DNA of 64,000 nucleotides from Plasmodiophora brassicae (Eukaryota): NCBI GenBank assembly GCA_036867785.1, contig CP145412.1, positions 372,001 to 436,000 of the forward strand, read 5' to 3'. Shown piece by piece: positions 11,432 to 23,466 of this stretch (position 1 is its first letter; each line of letters starts with the position of its first letter). The notes under the pieces were generated by a model. It saw only the letters and a program-made list of their open reading frames with translations, ran no database searches and was not told where the DNA came from. The position numbers and the translations under genes were made by a program.

Positions 11432-11518
11432 TTATGACGCCTTATGACGCCTTATGACGCCTTATGACGCCTTATGACGCCTTATGACGCCTTATGACGC
11501 CTTATGACGCCTTATGAC
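11432..11518 (+). repeat. (TTATGACGCC)n minisatellite, segment 1
   Basis: ~8.7 perfect 10-bp units ending at the Copia B TSD. Confidence 0.97.
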
Positions 11519-11757
11519 TGTCGAACTCCATATCCAGCAGCACACTCGTGCGGCACACCGACGCTGCCACGCACCCCGCAAGTCTGGTGTCAGCGCCGCC
11601 CGCGATGATGTAACGTGCACCGCGTCTCACGTCTACGACGTTGCCCGTCACACCCAATATCTTCGCTCTATATCCATCAATATATCACACTCTGATTTCG
11701 TCGTTTCAGATTAACAGTCGTAGCAGCGCTCTGGGCGTCTCGCTCGCGTCCAACGTC

Positions 11758-14159
11758 ATGGCCGATCGCGGCCGAACGGCGGCGGAATCAGATGTCCAAG
11801 ATCTCGACGCGCAGCTCGCTGAGGCCGAGCGACAGGAGAAGATCGCGCGCATCGCATTCCTGCGACAGCAAACCGCATCGTACTCCTGCATCGCCACGAC
11901 GCCGACGACGCAGCCTCGCCCAACCATTGTGGACGGCGTAGTGCGTCCAGGTACAGATCGCGTGCCTCCGCCTCGGTTCGACGGCAAGCACGAATCGTTT
12001 GCCGCTTGGGCGCCCGCCGCCGCGTCTTGGTTTACCAACCGTGGATTCGCGGGAATTGTCGGCATCGACCTGGACGGATCGCCGACTCCGAGTATCCCCG
12101 ACAATGTGGACGCGGATCTGGAGGCAACTGCTCGGGAGATACTCTTGTTTCAGATGGTCGACAAGACCGTTCTGATCGGCTACAACTTGCTGTACGCCGG
12201 TACATCGGCGCAATGCTGGCGCGCTCTCTTCCGCATGCTGCGACCCTGCACGTTTTCGTCTGTCATTCGTGCTTCTAAAGATTTGTTCAGTGTTCGACAG
12301 CAAGCCGGTGAATCGGTCGCCTTGTACGCGGCTCGTCTGCAAGCCGCTGCCCAACGTTTCCGTACAACAGTCCCGAACGACATGCTTCACATGACGGATT
12401 CCTTCCTGGCTGTCCTGATGGCTGGCAACGCCTCATCAGAATTGGGCACGGCCGCATCCAACCTGCACAGTCGTGGACTCGAACCGCGGCCTACCGTCAC
12501 TGAGGTCGTGTCCACGCTCACATCAGAAGAGCAGCGCATTCAAGAGGCTCATGCTGACCGGGAGATATCGTTCGCAACGGCGAACCGTGCAAGCGCTACC
12601 GCACACCCGATCAAGGCTCCCGAACGCGATGGACTGTGCGTCCTACATACGACCTTGAGGAAGCCGCACACGAATGGCAACTGTTTCCTACAGCGCTCGT
12701 TGTGGCGGACGACATCGAATACATCGTCGCAACCTGCCCGTCACCCCGCCGTAGACAACAGTTCCGTCGGCCTGCTCGATTCTGGATGTTCCACCACAAT
12801 GACGCCCCTGCGCGAGCATCTCGGCGCTTATCGACATGTCGCCGGACCGACTGTTGAACTTGCAGACCTGTCTCGTACACGTGGCGTGACGTCATTGGGC
12901 GCTGGTCAGTCCCAAATGGCGCCTATCGATTCGCTGCACGTCCCACGACTCGGCCAAGCGCTCGTCTCCGTTGGACAGATCACCCGATCCGGACACAAGA
13001 TCGTCTTCGATGGGCCCAACGCGACCATCTATTCCAAGGACAACTGGACGTCCCCTGTCGGGACCCCGCTAGCGGTCAGCACGCGAGGAGCCGATAATCT
13101 CTACAGGATCGCCCTGCGTGCTCCCGCTGCCCCATCGTCAACTGAAATTTATTCATCGGCTGCGCCCAGCGTGTCCTGCCGCGCCGCCACAGTCGCCTCC
13201 GCACCGCCCGCCCTTTGGCACGCGCGCGTTGGACATCTCGGTTACGTCAATCTGCGTCTCCTGCAGCGCCGCTGTCGTGGAATGGCCTTCGATCAGCCCA
13301 TTCCCAAGCTTCAGGATCGATGTCCATGCGAGGCCTGTCTTCTCACCAAAGGCAAGCGCTCATCATTCCCTCCCAGTACGTCGCGAGCACGTCGCGTTGG
13401 CGATCTCGTCCATAGTGACCTCTCCGGGCGGTGGCCTGTCGTCGGTATTGGCGGTTTCGAGTATTACCAGACCATGCTTGATGATTCAACGCGCTACCTG
13501 ACCGTCTACCTGCTCCGTCGGAAATCGGACGCCCTCGATGTCATCAAGCACTACGATGCACGTCTCCGCAACCAGGAGGGACGTGGCATTTCCGACTTCC
13601 AAACAGACGGCGGGGGCGAGTTTAATTCCAAGGCATGCGTTACGTTCTACAATGAGTCCGGCATCCTTCATCGCAAGTCGGTTCCGTATACGCCCGAGCA
13701 GAACGGCCGAGCCGAAATTGTCAACTACAGCCTGTGCTGTATCGAAGGCGCTATCCGGTGTCACGCGCGTATGCCCGATTTCACCTGGCCCTGGTCGCTC
13801 TCGTATTCTGCCGTCCTCTACAATGTCCATCCTCGATCCGTCCTTCCGGGGCGTCGCTCATCGTTCCAGGCGGCTCGCTTCGCTAAACCTGATGTCTCTT
13901 CCCTGCGCGTCTACGGCTGCGACGCGTACGCCATGCGACCTCACCCCTCTTCGAAGAAGCCGACCAAGCTGGATCATCGTCGCGTTCGCGCTGTATTCAT
14001 CGGCTTTACACCAGGGATGAAGGCATGGCGCTTCTATGACGTCGAACGAGGTGACACATTCGAGAGCACGACGGCCGAATTCCTGGAAACGTCGTTCACC
14101 TTCGGCTTCGGGCGGTCGAACTCTGGTCTCGAGTCTTCACAGGCCGCGCCCGTACTCTC
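11758..14159 (+). pseudogene. Copia B gag-PR-INT (cut by G1)
   Basis: ATG 11758 MADRGRTA; LLDSGCSTTM; integrase nearly identical to Copia A/C. Confidence 0.9.
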
Positions 14160-14365
14160 TGTGCTAACGCCGCCGCTGCCCACTACGGGGGCGGTCGGTC
14201 GCAAGAGTCGGCGCCTGGTGATATAACGAACTGATGTATTTGGACAGGATCGTCACAGCAAGGGCCGCTGCGGGGTCGAGTACGGTCATGATCATGTGAC
14301 CGGGTGGCAGCAGCATCTGAGCAGCATCATCTGAGTACTGGTACTCTGGATGAACACTCCCCGTG

Positions 14366-17300
14366 TTAGAAATCTGCTAACAGTCGTGAGCAGAGCGGGT
14401 CTCCTTCGGCTTGTCGTTCGAGGAAGGCCCTGACGATATCAGGAACATCGGCCGCCATGACCGAGTAAGGTTCCCATGAATTGTCGGTGGCATCGAATCC
14501 GATCCAGTTGATCAGTAGTTCAGTGTCACCTGACGTAGAGTTGACTCGAATGTCCTCGACTGCGTTGACTTGGTAAGCCACGCCGGTGAGCGCGATGTTG
14601 TGCTTCAGGGAAGAGGTGACATTCAAGTGCGCATCTGCATAGAACATTAAGCGCTGGGCGTGTACATCTGAGATACGATCAGTCAAGAGATCTCGAACTC
14701 GATACACCCAGTCGTTGATGGTGTCGATAATCTGGGCAGGTCCAGTCCAGTTGTACTCGGACTTGGAGTGCTTGCCATGGTTGGCCACGAGAACATAGTC
14801 GCCCGTCGTGAAGTTGATCTCGCGAACATTGCGTCGGCGACGCCGGGCGCGTTGCTTGAGATCACGTAGATGGGTGCGTGTACGTGCCACTGCTTTGTGC
14901 ATGTCCTCGAGAGAATCGATAAGTTCCGTCGTCATTTCCTTGAGACGGTCAGGGGTCAACGGTACGTCGATAACCGCGTCGATGCGTTTGTTGAAGATAA
15001 TCGAGATAGGTGTCGAGGGTGGCAAACCCGTAAACATCGTGACAGGCGCGTAGCCCACACTTGATCGAACAGTGTGATTTACCGTCATGTTGATCAGCGG
15101 AAGGACATACGGCCAATCCTGGAATGGAAGATTTAGCTCGGAGAGGAGGGACTTCAGCAGAAAGAGAAGCCGCTTGTTGACAACCTCAACCGTGCCGTTC
15201 GCCCAAGGTGTGTAGGCAGTTGTGAAATGATGGTTGCAGTGTAACCGGCTATTAAGCTCGGCGATAACCGCGTTTTTGAAGTGTGTGCCGCGGTCAGAGA
15301 CATGTTGGAAAACAATGCCGAAACGTTTGAACCAATCCAGAAGAGATTCGGCGACAACGCTGTGATCCGCGAATTGACAAGGAATTAACTCGACGAATGC
15401 CGTGGCGTCGTCCTTCAGAACCAGAACATAACGAAGTTGATGAGAATCGCCTGGACGAGGTTTGGATAAGAACAGAAAGTCATAGTGGATGACCTTATTG
15501 GGCTTGTCCGCATGCATAGCCGTGCCAAAAGGTCGGGGAATCATCGAATCTTTGTTGCGTAGGCAGTGTAAGCATTTGTCCACAAATGCACGAACAAAGG
15601 AATCCAGATCAGGCCACCAGAAGAGTTGTGCGATGCTCGAAATAGTCGATGCAGCAGGTTGATGACCAGACAGTCCCATATGTGAAATCACTGCGATGCG
15701 TAGCTGCAGTGCATGTGATGGTACCCAGAGTTGATTGTCTGGAGTACGCCAGCCAGATTCCGGGCTAAGGTGGAGAGACATGTCCCCTTCGAGTTGGAGA
15801 ATATCGGAAACGGCAGATAGGTCGTGTTGGCGAATGTAGTCGGTCTGAGCGTTACTAATCTCGTCGACAGACGGCCAGATAAACTCATCGGTCATCTTGT
15901 AATCGTCGAAGTCAAGATTAATTGCCATATGACGAATAGAACGGAACGATGGAGGGGAAAATGAGGAGAGTGGTTGCAGGGCGACGCCCCACCGCGTGGC
16001 GAGGTCGGCCCAAACGTTGTCCTCCCCAGCAATGTGCTCAATGTGAAAATCTAGGTCGATAATCTGAAGTCGCCAGCGCTCCAAGCGATCGCCGGTCGTC
16101 CGACTAATTCGTGCAACCGAGGCTGGGTTCAGAATGAAAACCAAATTACGGTGGTCTGTGAAGATTCGAAGTGCCAGCTTTGACATAGAGATGAAGTGTC
16201 TGAGGCGATAGCAGCCTTCAATGATGGCGTAGGCCTCCTTCTCAATGGTCGCCCACTTCAATTGAGAACCACGGAATGTCCCCGAGATGAACGACAAAGG
16301 TTCGTGGTGTTGCTCACCGTACGGGAGATCAATATCTTCCGGAGGGATCTGCGACAGGAAAACAGACCAGAAACGGTCACTCGCATCCGGAAAGAGACAC
16401 ATGATCCATTCGTCCTTGGGGTGCGCCAGCGTCATGGCCTCCGATAGTCGATGCTTCAGAGAATTGAAACTGGTGAGATGGTCAGTGGTCCAGCCGATGT
16501 CGGCTAAACGAACTCGACGTAGGTGTGATTTCTTCAGACTGCTGACAGAACGAGAAGCGGACAGAAGTAGATCCTGTAGCGGATGAACATGTGCCGCGAA
16601 TTGAGGGATAACAGAACGGACCCAATTGAGGCCCGAGAGGAACTGTTGGAGATCAGCAGCCGTGATAGGAGTTGATAGATCGTGCAAGGCGTTGAGATAC
16701 GAGCGATCGAACGACACTCCATCAGCGGATATAACGCGACCGCACCATGTCACTGAAGTGAGATATAACTGGCAGCGATCAGGGTTGAGTTTAACTCCAA
16801 ACTCGTCGAAAGCGTTGAGAAGAGATTCGAGTGTGTCCATGTAGGCTCCGAATCCAGATACGTAGCCGAGGATATCGTCGATCCAGAGTAGGGCGCAGAT
16901 ATATAGAAGTTTCCCCAACACCTGTTGCATTCCCGCCTGGAACGCAAACACGCAATCAGCGATTCCCTGGATGATGCGCCTGGGTGTAAACGTGGCGATG
17001 TGCGTCATGAACGAGCAGGCCTCCTGCGAATCAGGGTGCAACGGAAATTGCCAATAGCCTTTAAAGGCATCGAACAGCATGAAGATGGTCGCGGAACGTA
17101 GGTAGGTCAGGATGATGTCGATGTGAGGCATCGGCCATGCAATGCGTTCGGTCTGTTTGTTGACGGCTTCATTGATGTCGACGGTCAGCCGATGGCCGCG
17201 AACCTCCGTGTCCTTCTTGTCGACGACCAGACACGGCGACGCGTACCTGCTGTGCGGATTGCGGTACACAAAATCGTTTTCCGCCAAGGTTCCTACGTGA

Positions 17301-19255
17301 TCATCCATGAATTTTTGATGTTCGAGGGTATACCTTCGTGTTCGGCAACGAACAGGACGAGCATCTGCTTTGAAGTGTAGTTTCAGTGGACTTACTTTCG
17401 CAGGTGGATCACGGCCAAGCTTCGTTCGCCATATGTCTTTGTGTCGATTGACAGTTGTGCGTAGACGCGGGACTTGATCGTTAGGGAAACCGGAGTCAGT
17501 TGCACGTTGTATCATCCGGTCTATTGCCCTGTCCACGTCTGTATCGGAGTGTTCTCCGATTTCGACATCATAGTCGTCACCCGGATCATTGGTGTCCAAT
17601 TGGGGCTCATGATCGCGAGTTGTTCCACTTACCTCCGGGTGTCTTACCGCTCTCATCGTGATCCCTTGACCACCTGGGGCGTGACGTTCCGGGGTCGGAT
17701 CCGCTTCGATGATGATAGGACCATTTGCCTCGATTAACATCTCCTTCAGTTGTGTAGCTGGATTGATACCCAACGCGTCCAGTTCCGGGGCTCCTAAAAG
17801 GACAATGTCATCAGATAGGTCTTCGCGACATACGTTGATTTCCCGCCCGCGTAGATGTGCAGGTTTGCCATGCGAAGGTGGGACAATGGTGATGTCCACG
17901 ATCGCTGTGGCGACAATTGTTGTCGTAGCCCCGATCGTTGCAAGTTTCGCCTCCGTTGGATGGTCGAACACTTTGACTGGGACATGCTGGATGGCTTGAA
18001 TCCGTAGCAGTTGCGATTGCGAAATGACGGTCTTCGTCGCACCACTATCGGCTTCGAATGGAAGGTCGAGCGAGTTCTGGAAGCGAAGTCTCATAGGGGA
18101 CGGTGTTGACGGCGACGGCGGGCCCATGCGCTTTGCCGTGTCTGCGTTGCCCTTACTCTCCTCCTTCTCTTTGCGCTCTTTCTGGAACTTTTCAATGGCA
18201 GCTTTGCGTTCTCCTTGAGTTGCCTTCGGGCACACTTGGACCCAGTGCTGCTCCTTGCAGATTAGGCAACCTGCCTTTGGAGGATCCTTACCTTCGAAAC
18301 GTTTTCGGATGTGCTCGGGGATGTCCCTCGATTCGTCTTTCGTTTGCGATGTGGACGATTGAGCTGTCTTCAGTCCGATCGGATTTGTCGGATGCTTGCC
18401 GCCATTCCTATTCGGAGCAACAACGTCCTTACCTTTCTTACCTGCAGGTGGGGACATGGTCTGCGCTGGAGACTTCTTCTTCTCAGCTTGCAGCCGGAAG
18501 TGTTTGTCCTGCTCTTTGGCAAGACGGTCGACGAGGTCGAAGAATTTGAGCTCGTCCTTCTCAGCGTCCCTGCACCCTCCGAACTCGATCGCGCGTTCGA
18601 CTAGAACCGCAAGGTCAGTGGGACGGATACCTCCGCGTAATACCTTGATCTTGCGCTTGGTTCCTTTCGTTCCTTTGGCGTATGTGTCTTGTAGCCCATA
18701 GTCGTCGATTAGCTCATCGAACTTGGCGAAGAAAGACGTGACACGTTCCTCAATACTCTTGATTGACAGGTTCATGACCACTGTCTTCGTGAGAAGCGCC
18801 TTGATGTCTGTCGAACTCTCGACATCAGCCTCCCTGCGTTGGACTGACCTCAAGTAGCTCATGATGTCGCCATCCGTGATCGTGCTGGCGGGTTGACGTA
18901 GGCGATATTTCGACATCCCTCTGAGGACGTCCTCGGTAATGCATGACTTCACCGTTGGCGGATGAATATCCTCCTTGTAGATCAGTCGGCGCTCGTTAAC
19001 GATCTCGACGTGTTTCCTATATTTCTTGAGGAAATCGTTAATTCCGTCCTTGGCCGTAAGGCTCAGGGTACGTAGGATGGGCGGTTTCAAAGGCATAAAG
19101 ATCGGGCTCTTACCGTGCAGGTTTGTTGACTGAAGCCCTCGATCGATTTCGTCATCTGTCGACGATTCATGCTCCTTGGCCTCGGCGTCGGAGTTGGTCC
19201 TGGCGTCGTCCTCCATCTGTAGACGAACGGGCGCTCTGCGGCCACCTCCTGCCAT
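14366..19255 (-). CDS. G1 Gag-Pol polyprotein (gag, CCHC, PR, RT, RNaseH, INT, chromodomain), 1629 aa
   Basis: CLICKEQHWVQVC; EADSGAT; LLWIDDILG; FPDASD; IFTDHRNL; HVSDRGTHF; ELLINWIGFDATDNSWEP. Confidence 0.95.
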   Translation of the reverse strand: MAGGGRRAPVRLQMEDDARTNSDAEAKEHESSTDDEIDRGLQSTNLHGKSPIFMPLKPPILRTLSLTAKDGINDFLKKYRKHVEIVNERRLIYKEDIHPPTVKSCITEDVLRGMSKYRLRQPASTITDGDIMSYLRSVQRREADVESSTDIKALLTKTVVMNLSIKSIEERVTSFFAKFDELIDDYGLQDTYAKGTKGTKRKIKVLRGGIRPTDLAVLVERAIEFGGCRDAEKDELKFFDLVDRLAKEQDKHFRLQAEKKKSPAQTMSPPAGKKGKDVVAPNRNGGKHPTNPIGLKTAQSSTSQTKDESRDIPEHIRKRFEGKDPPKAGCLICKEQHWVQVCPKATQGERKAAIEKFQKERKEKEESKGNADTAKRMGPPSPSTPSPMRLRFQNSLDLPFEADSGATKTVISQSQLLRIQAIQHVPVKVFDHPTEAKLATIGATTTIVATAIVDITIVPPSHGKPAHLRGREINVCREDLSDDIVLLGAPELDALGINPATQLKEMLIEANGPIIIEADPTPERHAPGGQGITMRAVRHPEVSGTTRDHEPQLDTNDPGDDYDVEIGEHSDTDVDRAIDRMIQRATDSGFPNDQVPRLRTTVNRHKDIWRTKLGRDPPAKVSPLKLHFKADARPVRCRTRRYTLEHQKFMDDHVGTLAENDFVYRNPHSRYASPCLVVDKKDTEVRGHRLTVDINEAVNKQTERIAWPMPHIDIILTYLRSATIFMLFDAFKGYWQFPLHPDSQEACSFMTHIATFTPRRIIQGIADCVFAFQAGMQQVLGKLLYICALLWIDDILGYVSGFGAYMDTLESLLNAFDEFGVKLNPDRCQLYLTSVTWCGRVISADGVSFDRSYLNALHDLSTPITAADLQQFLSGLNWVRSVIPQFAAHVHPLQDLLLSASRSVSSLKKSHLRRVRLADIGWTTDHLTSFNSLKHRLSEAMTLAHPKDEWIMCLFPDASDRFWSVFLSQIPPEDIDLPYGEQHHEPLSFISGTFRGSQLKWATIEKEAYAIIEGCYRLRHFISMSKLALRIFTDHRNLVFILNPASVARISRTTGDRLERWRLQIIDLDFHIEHIAGEDNVWADLATRWGVALQPLSSFSPPSFRSIRHMAINLDFDDYKMTDEFIWPSVDEISNAQTDYIRQHDLSAVSDILQLEGDMSLHLSPESGWRTPDNQLWVPSHALQLRIAVISHMGLSGHQPAASTISSIAQLFWWPDLDSFVRAFVDKCLHCLRNKDSMIPRPFGTAMHADKPNKVIHYDFLFLSKPRPGDSHQLRYVLVLKDDATAFVELIPCQFADHSVVAESLLDWFKRFGIVFQHVSDRGTHFKNAVIAELNSRLHCNHHFTTAYTPWANGTVEVVNKRLLFLLKSLLSELNLPFQDWPYVLPLINMTVNHTVRSSVGYAPVTMFTGLPPSTPISIIFNKRIDAVIDVPLTPDRLKEMTTELIDSLEDMHKAVARTRTHLRDLKQRARRRRRNVREINFTTGDYVLVANHGKHSKSEYNWTGPAQIIDTINDWVYRVRDLLTDRISDVHAQRLMFYADAHLNVTSSLKHNIALTGVAYQVNAVEDIRVNSTSGDTELLINWIGFDATDNSWEPYSVMAADVPDIVRAFLERQAEGDPLCSRLLADF

Positions 19256-19289
19256 TAAGTGAGTTCGTTTGCTTGGGGCTCTTTGCGCA

Positions 19290-19299
19290 AGAAGCTTCT
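19290..19299 (-). promoter_or_regulatory. Palindrome AGAAGCTTCT at the PBS position of G1
   Basis: Perfect 10-bp palindrome including the terminal LTR base; adjacent second palindrome TTGCGCAA at 19283-19290. Confidence 0.8.
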
Positions 19300-19500
19300 G
19301 TGCTAACGCCGCCGCTGCCCACTACGGGGGCGGTCGGTCGCAAGAGTCGGCGCCTGGTGATATAACGAACTGATGTATTTGGACAGGATCGTCACAGCAA
19401 GGGCCGCTGCGGGGTCGAGTACGGTCATGATCATGTGACCGGGTGGCAGCAGCATCTGAGCAGCATCATCTGAGTACTGGTACTCTGGATGAACACTCTC

Positions 19501-21967
19501 CGCCAGTTCCCCGTCCACCGTTGCCGTTCTTACATCATCACCCGCTGCTGCCGACGCCGTTATCCCACCGCTACCATCAGCATCCCCCGCTCCGGTGTCA
19601 TCCAATGTCGTGTCGTCTCCGTCATCTGATCGTCTTCAACCATCTGCGCATACCCATCATTCTCCCCTGCCTGATCTCGCCGGCAACGTCGGTCATTCTG
19701 GTAACGACGCTGCTGTCGACGCTGATAACCACGACGGCAACCGCGCATCCAGCATCGTTGATGCCGACGTTAAGGACCATCAGGACGCCGGCAACGTCGA
19801 CGGTGCTGATTCTCCTGCTGACATGAATATTGCGGCTGATGCCGCCAACGATGGTGATGACTCTCCTGCCGACATGGATAATGCGGCTGATGTCGTCGCC
19901 GAACGTCGATGTTCTGGACATGCCGCATCCTCGTCGATCTTCACGTCACCGTCAACCACCGGGCGAATGGTGGAAGGGTCCCGCGAAGGCAAACCGGTCC
20001 TCCACCCGGTGGGCGTCAACGGTGGACGCCTGGTTCCAGCACCCAGTGCTGACAGCCCCAATTCAACGTCCGCCTCGCCCATCGCGCCGCCAGATTTACC
20101 ACTGGCAACAGGTCGAAGAACGCCGGCTCATCCGCGAGGCCATCCGCTCCCATCGACCGGCCGCTCGTGGTGGCATTGTCTCCGCCTGCCGCGTTAAGAT
20201 ACAGGCGCCAATCGACCCAGCAGCTCTACCACGACCCGATCTCAAGCGATCGATGTTCCTGTTCCTAATACGATGGCCGAGGCTCTCTCATCGTCGTTCG
20301 CCGGCCACTGGTGGGACGCTGCCCTCACCCAGATGGCGACGCTGGACTCCAAGGACACGTTCGGCCCGCTCATCGACTTGCCGAAAGGTAAGATCGCTGT
20401 TGGCGCCAAGTGGGTGTTCCGGGTCAAGTCTTCGCTCAGTGGCGACGGTGGCATCCGTAAGTTCAGCGCTCGTCTCTGCGCTCAAGGGTTCAGACAGCGC
20501 CCCGGCATCGACTTCGACGACACCTTCGCGCCGACCGCCCGTGCCACCGCGTTCCTCGTGATTCTCGCGCTCGCAGCTCAGCACAACCTGCATCTTCGAC
20601 AGGTCGACTGGGTAGCCGCATATCTGAACGCCGACATGCTCCACGATGTCTACATCCGCCAGCCGGACGGCTTTACTGACCACCATGTCCCGTATCGAGT
20701 TCGTCAACTCAAGAAGGCTCTTTATGGTACAAAACAAGGCGCCGAACGTTGGTACAAGACGCTCCGCGATATGCTGCTCTCGATCGGTTTCGAAACGATC
20801 ATCACGGACCCGTGCGTCTTCAGGTACAACCGCGATGGCAAGTTCATGGTCATGTCTGTGCACACCGACGACGGCCTGCTGGCGTACAACGACGTCGTGT
20901 TCGCAGAATCGCTTCTCGTCCAGCTCTCTGCCATGGCTGAGATCACTGATCAAGGTGAACCATCGACATTACTCGGCATGCGGATCCGACGCGACCCTGA
21001 CACAGGCGCCATCACACTCGATCAAGCTGAGTACATTGAGAAGGTACTCGACGACTTCAACATGTCCAATTGTCATCCGGTCGACACGCCGCATCAACCC
21101 GGCGTTCATCTGACCAAGTCGATGAGTCCCCAAACGGTCATCGAACGGGACGAAATGGCGAACAAACCATACCTGAAGCTCATCGGATGTCTGACATGGC
21201 TCGCCCATCGCTGCCGTCCCGACATCGCGTACATAACGAACGTGCTCGCCCAGTTCTCGTCAAACCCCGGCATCTCTCACTGGCGCGCGGGCCAACGTGT
21301 TCTGAAGTACCTCGCGGGTACGACGACGCGCGGCATTCGTTACGAGCGTCAACCGCAGGATCTCTTGCTCGCATACGCCGATGCTGACTGGGCCTCCGAT
21401 CCGGATACACGCCGGTCCCGTTCCGGCCATGTCATTCTGATGGCCGGCGGCCCCGTTCATTGGCAGTCACGACGCCAGGACCTAGGCGCCGTTAAGGTCA
21501 GTTTATCATCAACGCATGCCGAGATTAAATCGTTGTGCGCCGTTACCCGGCAGCTTGCCTGGATCCGAACGTTCCTGGACGAGATAGGCTTCCCGCGTCC
21601 CGGTCCGACGATCGTGTACGAGGATAACCAAGGCGCGAAGGCCTGGTCCGGATATCGTCGGATGGACGATCGCACGAAAGATATCGAGGTGCAGTTTCAT
21701 TACACCCGCGAGGCTGTCGAGGCCGGTCTGGTTGTGGTTCATAAGTGCCCGTCCGCCGAGATGGCCGCCGATTACCTGACGAAGCCCGCTCTCAGCACTT
21801 CGTTTCACGCGAACCTTATCCTGGCGGGCATCACCGACACCAGTCCCAGGACGTGTGCTGCTGGAGGGGGCGTGTCGAACTCCATATCCAGCAGCACACT
21901 CGTGCGGCACACCGACGCTGCCACGCACCCCGCAAGTCTGGTGTCAGCGCCGCCCGCGATGATGTAA
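19501..21967 (+). pseudogene. Copia B linker (frameshifted) and RT-RNaseH ORF 20273-21967
   Basis: KFSARLCAQGFRQRPGIDF, SVHTDDGLL, YADADWASD; stop codon lies inside the 3' LTR. Confidence 0.9.
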
Positions 21968-22062
21968 CGTGCACCGCGTCTCACGTCTACGACGTTGCCC
22001 GTCACACTCAATATCTTCGCTCTATATCCATCAATATATCTCACTCTGATTTCGTCGTTTCA

Positions 22063-22193
22063 ATGACGCCTTATGACGCCTTATGACGCCTTATGACGCC
22101 TTATGACGCCTTATGACGCCTTATGACGCCTTATGACGCCTTATGACGCGTTATGACGCCTTATAACGCCTTATGACGCCTTATGACCCCTTA
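22063..22193 (+). repeat. (TTATGACGCC)n minisatellite, segment 2
   Basis: ~13 units, 3 with single substitutions; ends at the TTA TSD of Harbinger H1. Confidence 0.97.
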
Positions 22194-22374
22194 GAGCATC
22201 TCCACGCGGACGGCAAAATGCGACTGTATCGCCATTTTGCCGTGTAGGATGGCGTTTTCGCTCTCCACCGCAGAGCGGCAAACGGCAAAACTTTTGCCGG
22301 CCACGGCATTTGGTCCTCCGGAGCAGCATAATCTCGGGTTTTGCCGGCCTCGGCCCACGACGGCATAACAAACC

Positions 22375-23466
22375 ATGCAGAGCGAGGCGAACCGTCGGGA
22401 CCACCGTCTGGAGGGCGAATCACGACGTACGCGTGGGACTAATGCACGTGGAACGAACTTTACCGATGCTGAGGACGTCCAGCTGGTACGTTCTTGGTTG
22501 AACGTTTCCCAAGACCCTGCAACGGGAACCGGCCAATCGAAAGAAACATTCTGGGAGAGGGTCGAGGTCCACTTCTGCAACAACACCACGTCGGGTGCGC
22601 GGACGGCACGGTCGCTGCAGACGAAATGGGGAACCGTTCAGCGTGACGTCTCCAAGTTCGTTGGCAGCTATGCATCCGTCAACGCGCTCGACGAGTCGGG
22701 GACGAACGAGGAGGAGCAGACCGAAAAGGCGTTGAAGCTGTACCAGCAGACACACCCAAAGAACGCCCAGTTCGCGTATTTGCACTGCTGGCGTGTCTTG
22801 AGGACGGTTCCAAAGTGGCAGGATCTGCGACACAGGCCGGAGTCCAACAATACGCCATCCAAGGAGCTGCGCCAACTCGACTCCAACGGGGACATTGTCG
22901 AGGTTGACACAACGTCATCTTCGCAGGGACGTCCCATCGGCGTCAAGGCGGCCAAGGCGCTGAAGTCGCTGATGAAGACGATAACGAAGTGATTTATTCC
23001 GACCGACATCGGCGCGAGACGGCGGCGACGTAACGCTGTGTAACAGGGGCTTGCCAAGCCGTTACCGACAACGGCGCCAGTGGCGGAGCCTCTGCCGTGG
23101 ACGTTACGCAGTCGCGCACAGTCACGGCGTCACCGTTTGCCGGTGGTACGACATGGTCCTTGACAGTCGCAAGCCGCAGAGCAAGCAGCTTCTCACTCTA
23201 CCTACCTGAAGATAATGGCGAAGAAGGCCCGTACTCAGGAGTTACAGAAGAACATGTCCTTGTTCGCGATGGATATGTCGGTCCTGGACCCAGATGCACG
23301 GAAGTACATCAATCTGGCTCGTCAGCAGGCCTTGAAGGACATGAAGTGCACCTTGTCTACGGCTCCTGCTGACGATGTCGTTGAGGATGACGGTGTCTCT
23401 CTCTCTCCGAGGACTCAGAATAATGCAAGCCAGCAACGTTTATTCCAATACATGCATTGGGTCTAG
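22375..23466 (+). pseudogene. H1 Myb/SANT-like (NAM-associated type) DNA-binding ORF, split by a solo LTR
   Basis: RGTNFTDAEDVQLVRSWLNVSQDP...FWERV...RPIGVKAAK. Removing 22970-23170 joins in frame to ...KSQAAEQ...MAKKART. Confidence 0.88.
22970..23165 (-). mobile_element. Solo LTR (196 bp) resembling the Copia A/C LTRs
   Basis: TGA...GACA termini as in the reversed Copia A LTR; TSD GTCGC (22965-22969/23166-23170). Confidence 0.85.

Larger units (their letters stand above)
14160..19495 (-). mobile_element. Intact chromodomain-bearing Ty3/Gypsy element G1
   Basis: 197-bp LTRs 19299-19495 and 14160-14356, identical by eye; TSD CTCTC; single ORF. Confidence 0.97.
11519..22062 (+). mobile_element. 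Ty1/Copia element B, interrupted by Gypsy G1
   Basis: 190-bp LTRs 11519-11708 and 21873-22062 (2 mismatches seen); TSD ATGAC; PBS 11709-11722; PPT GGAGGGGGCG. Confidence 0.96.

Noticed and set aside
11432-22193. Repeat array as a CRISPR array or telomere
   Set aside because: No spacers or cas genes, eukaryotic context, internal position, and the unit is not a TnAGGG-type telomeric repeat.
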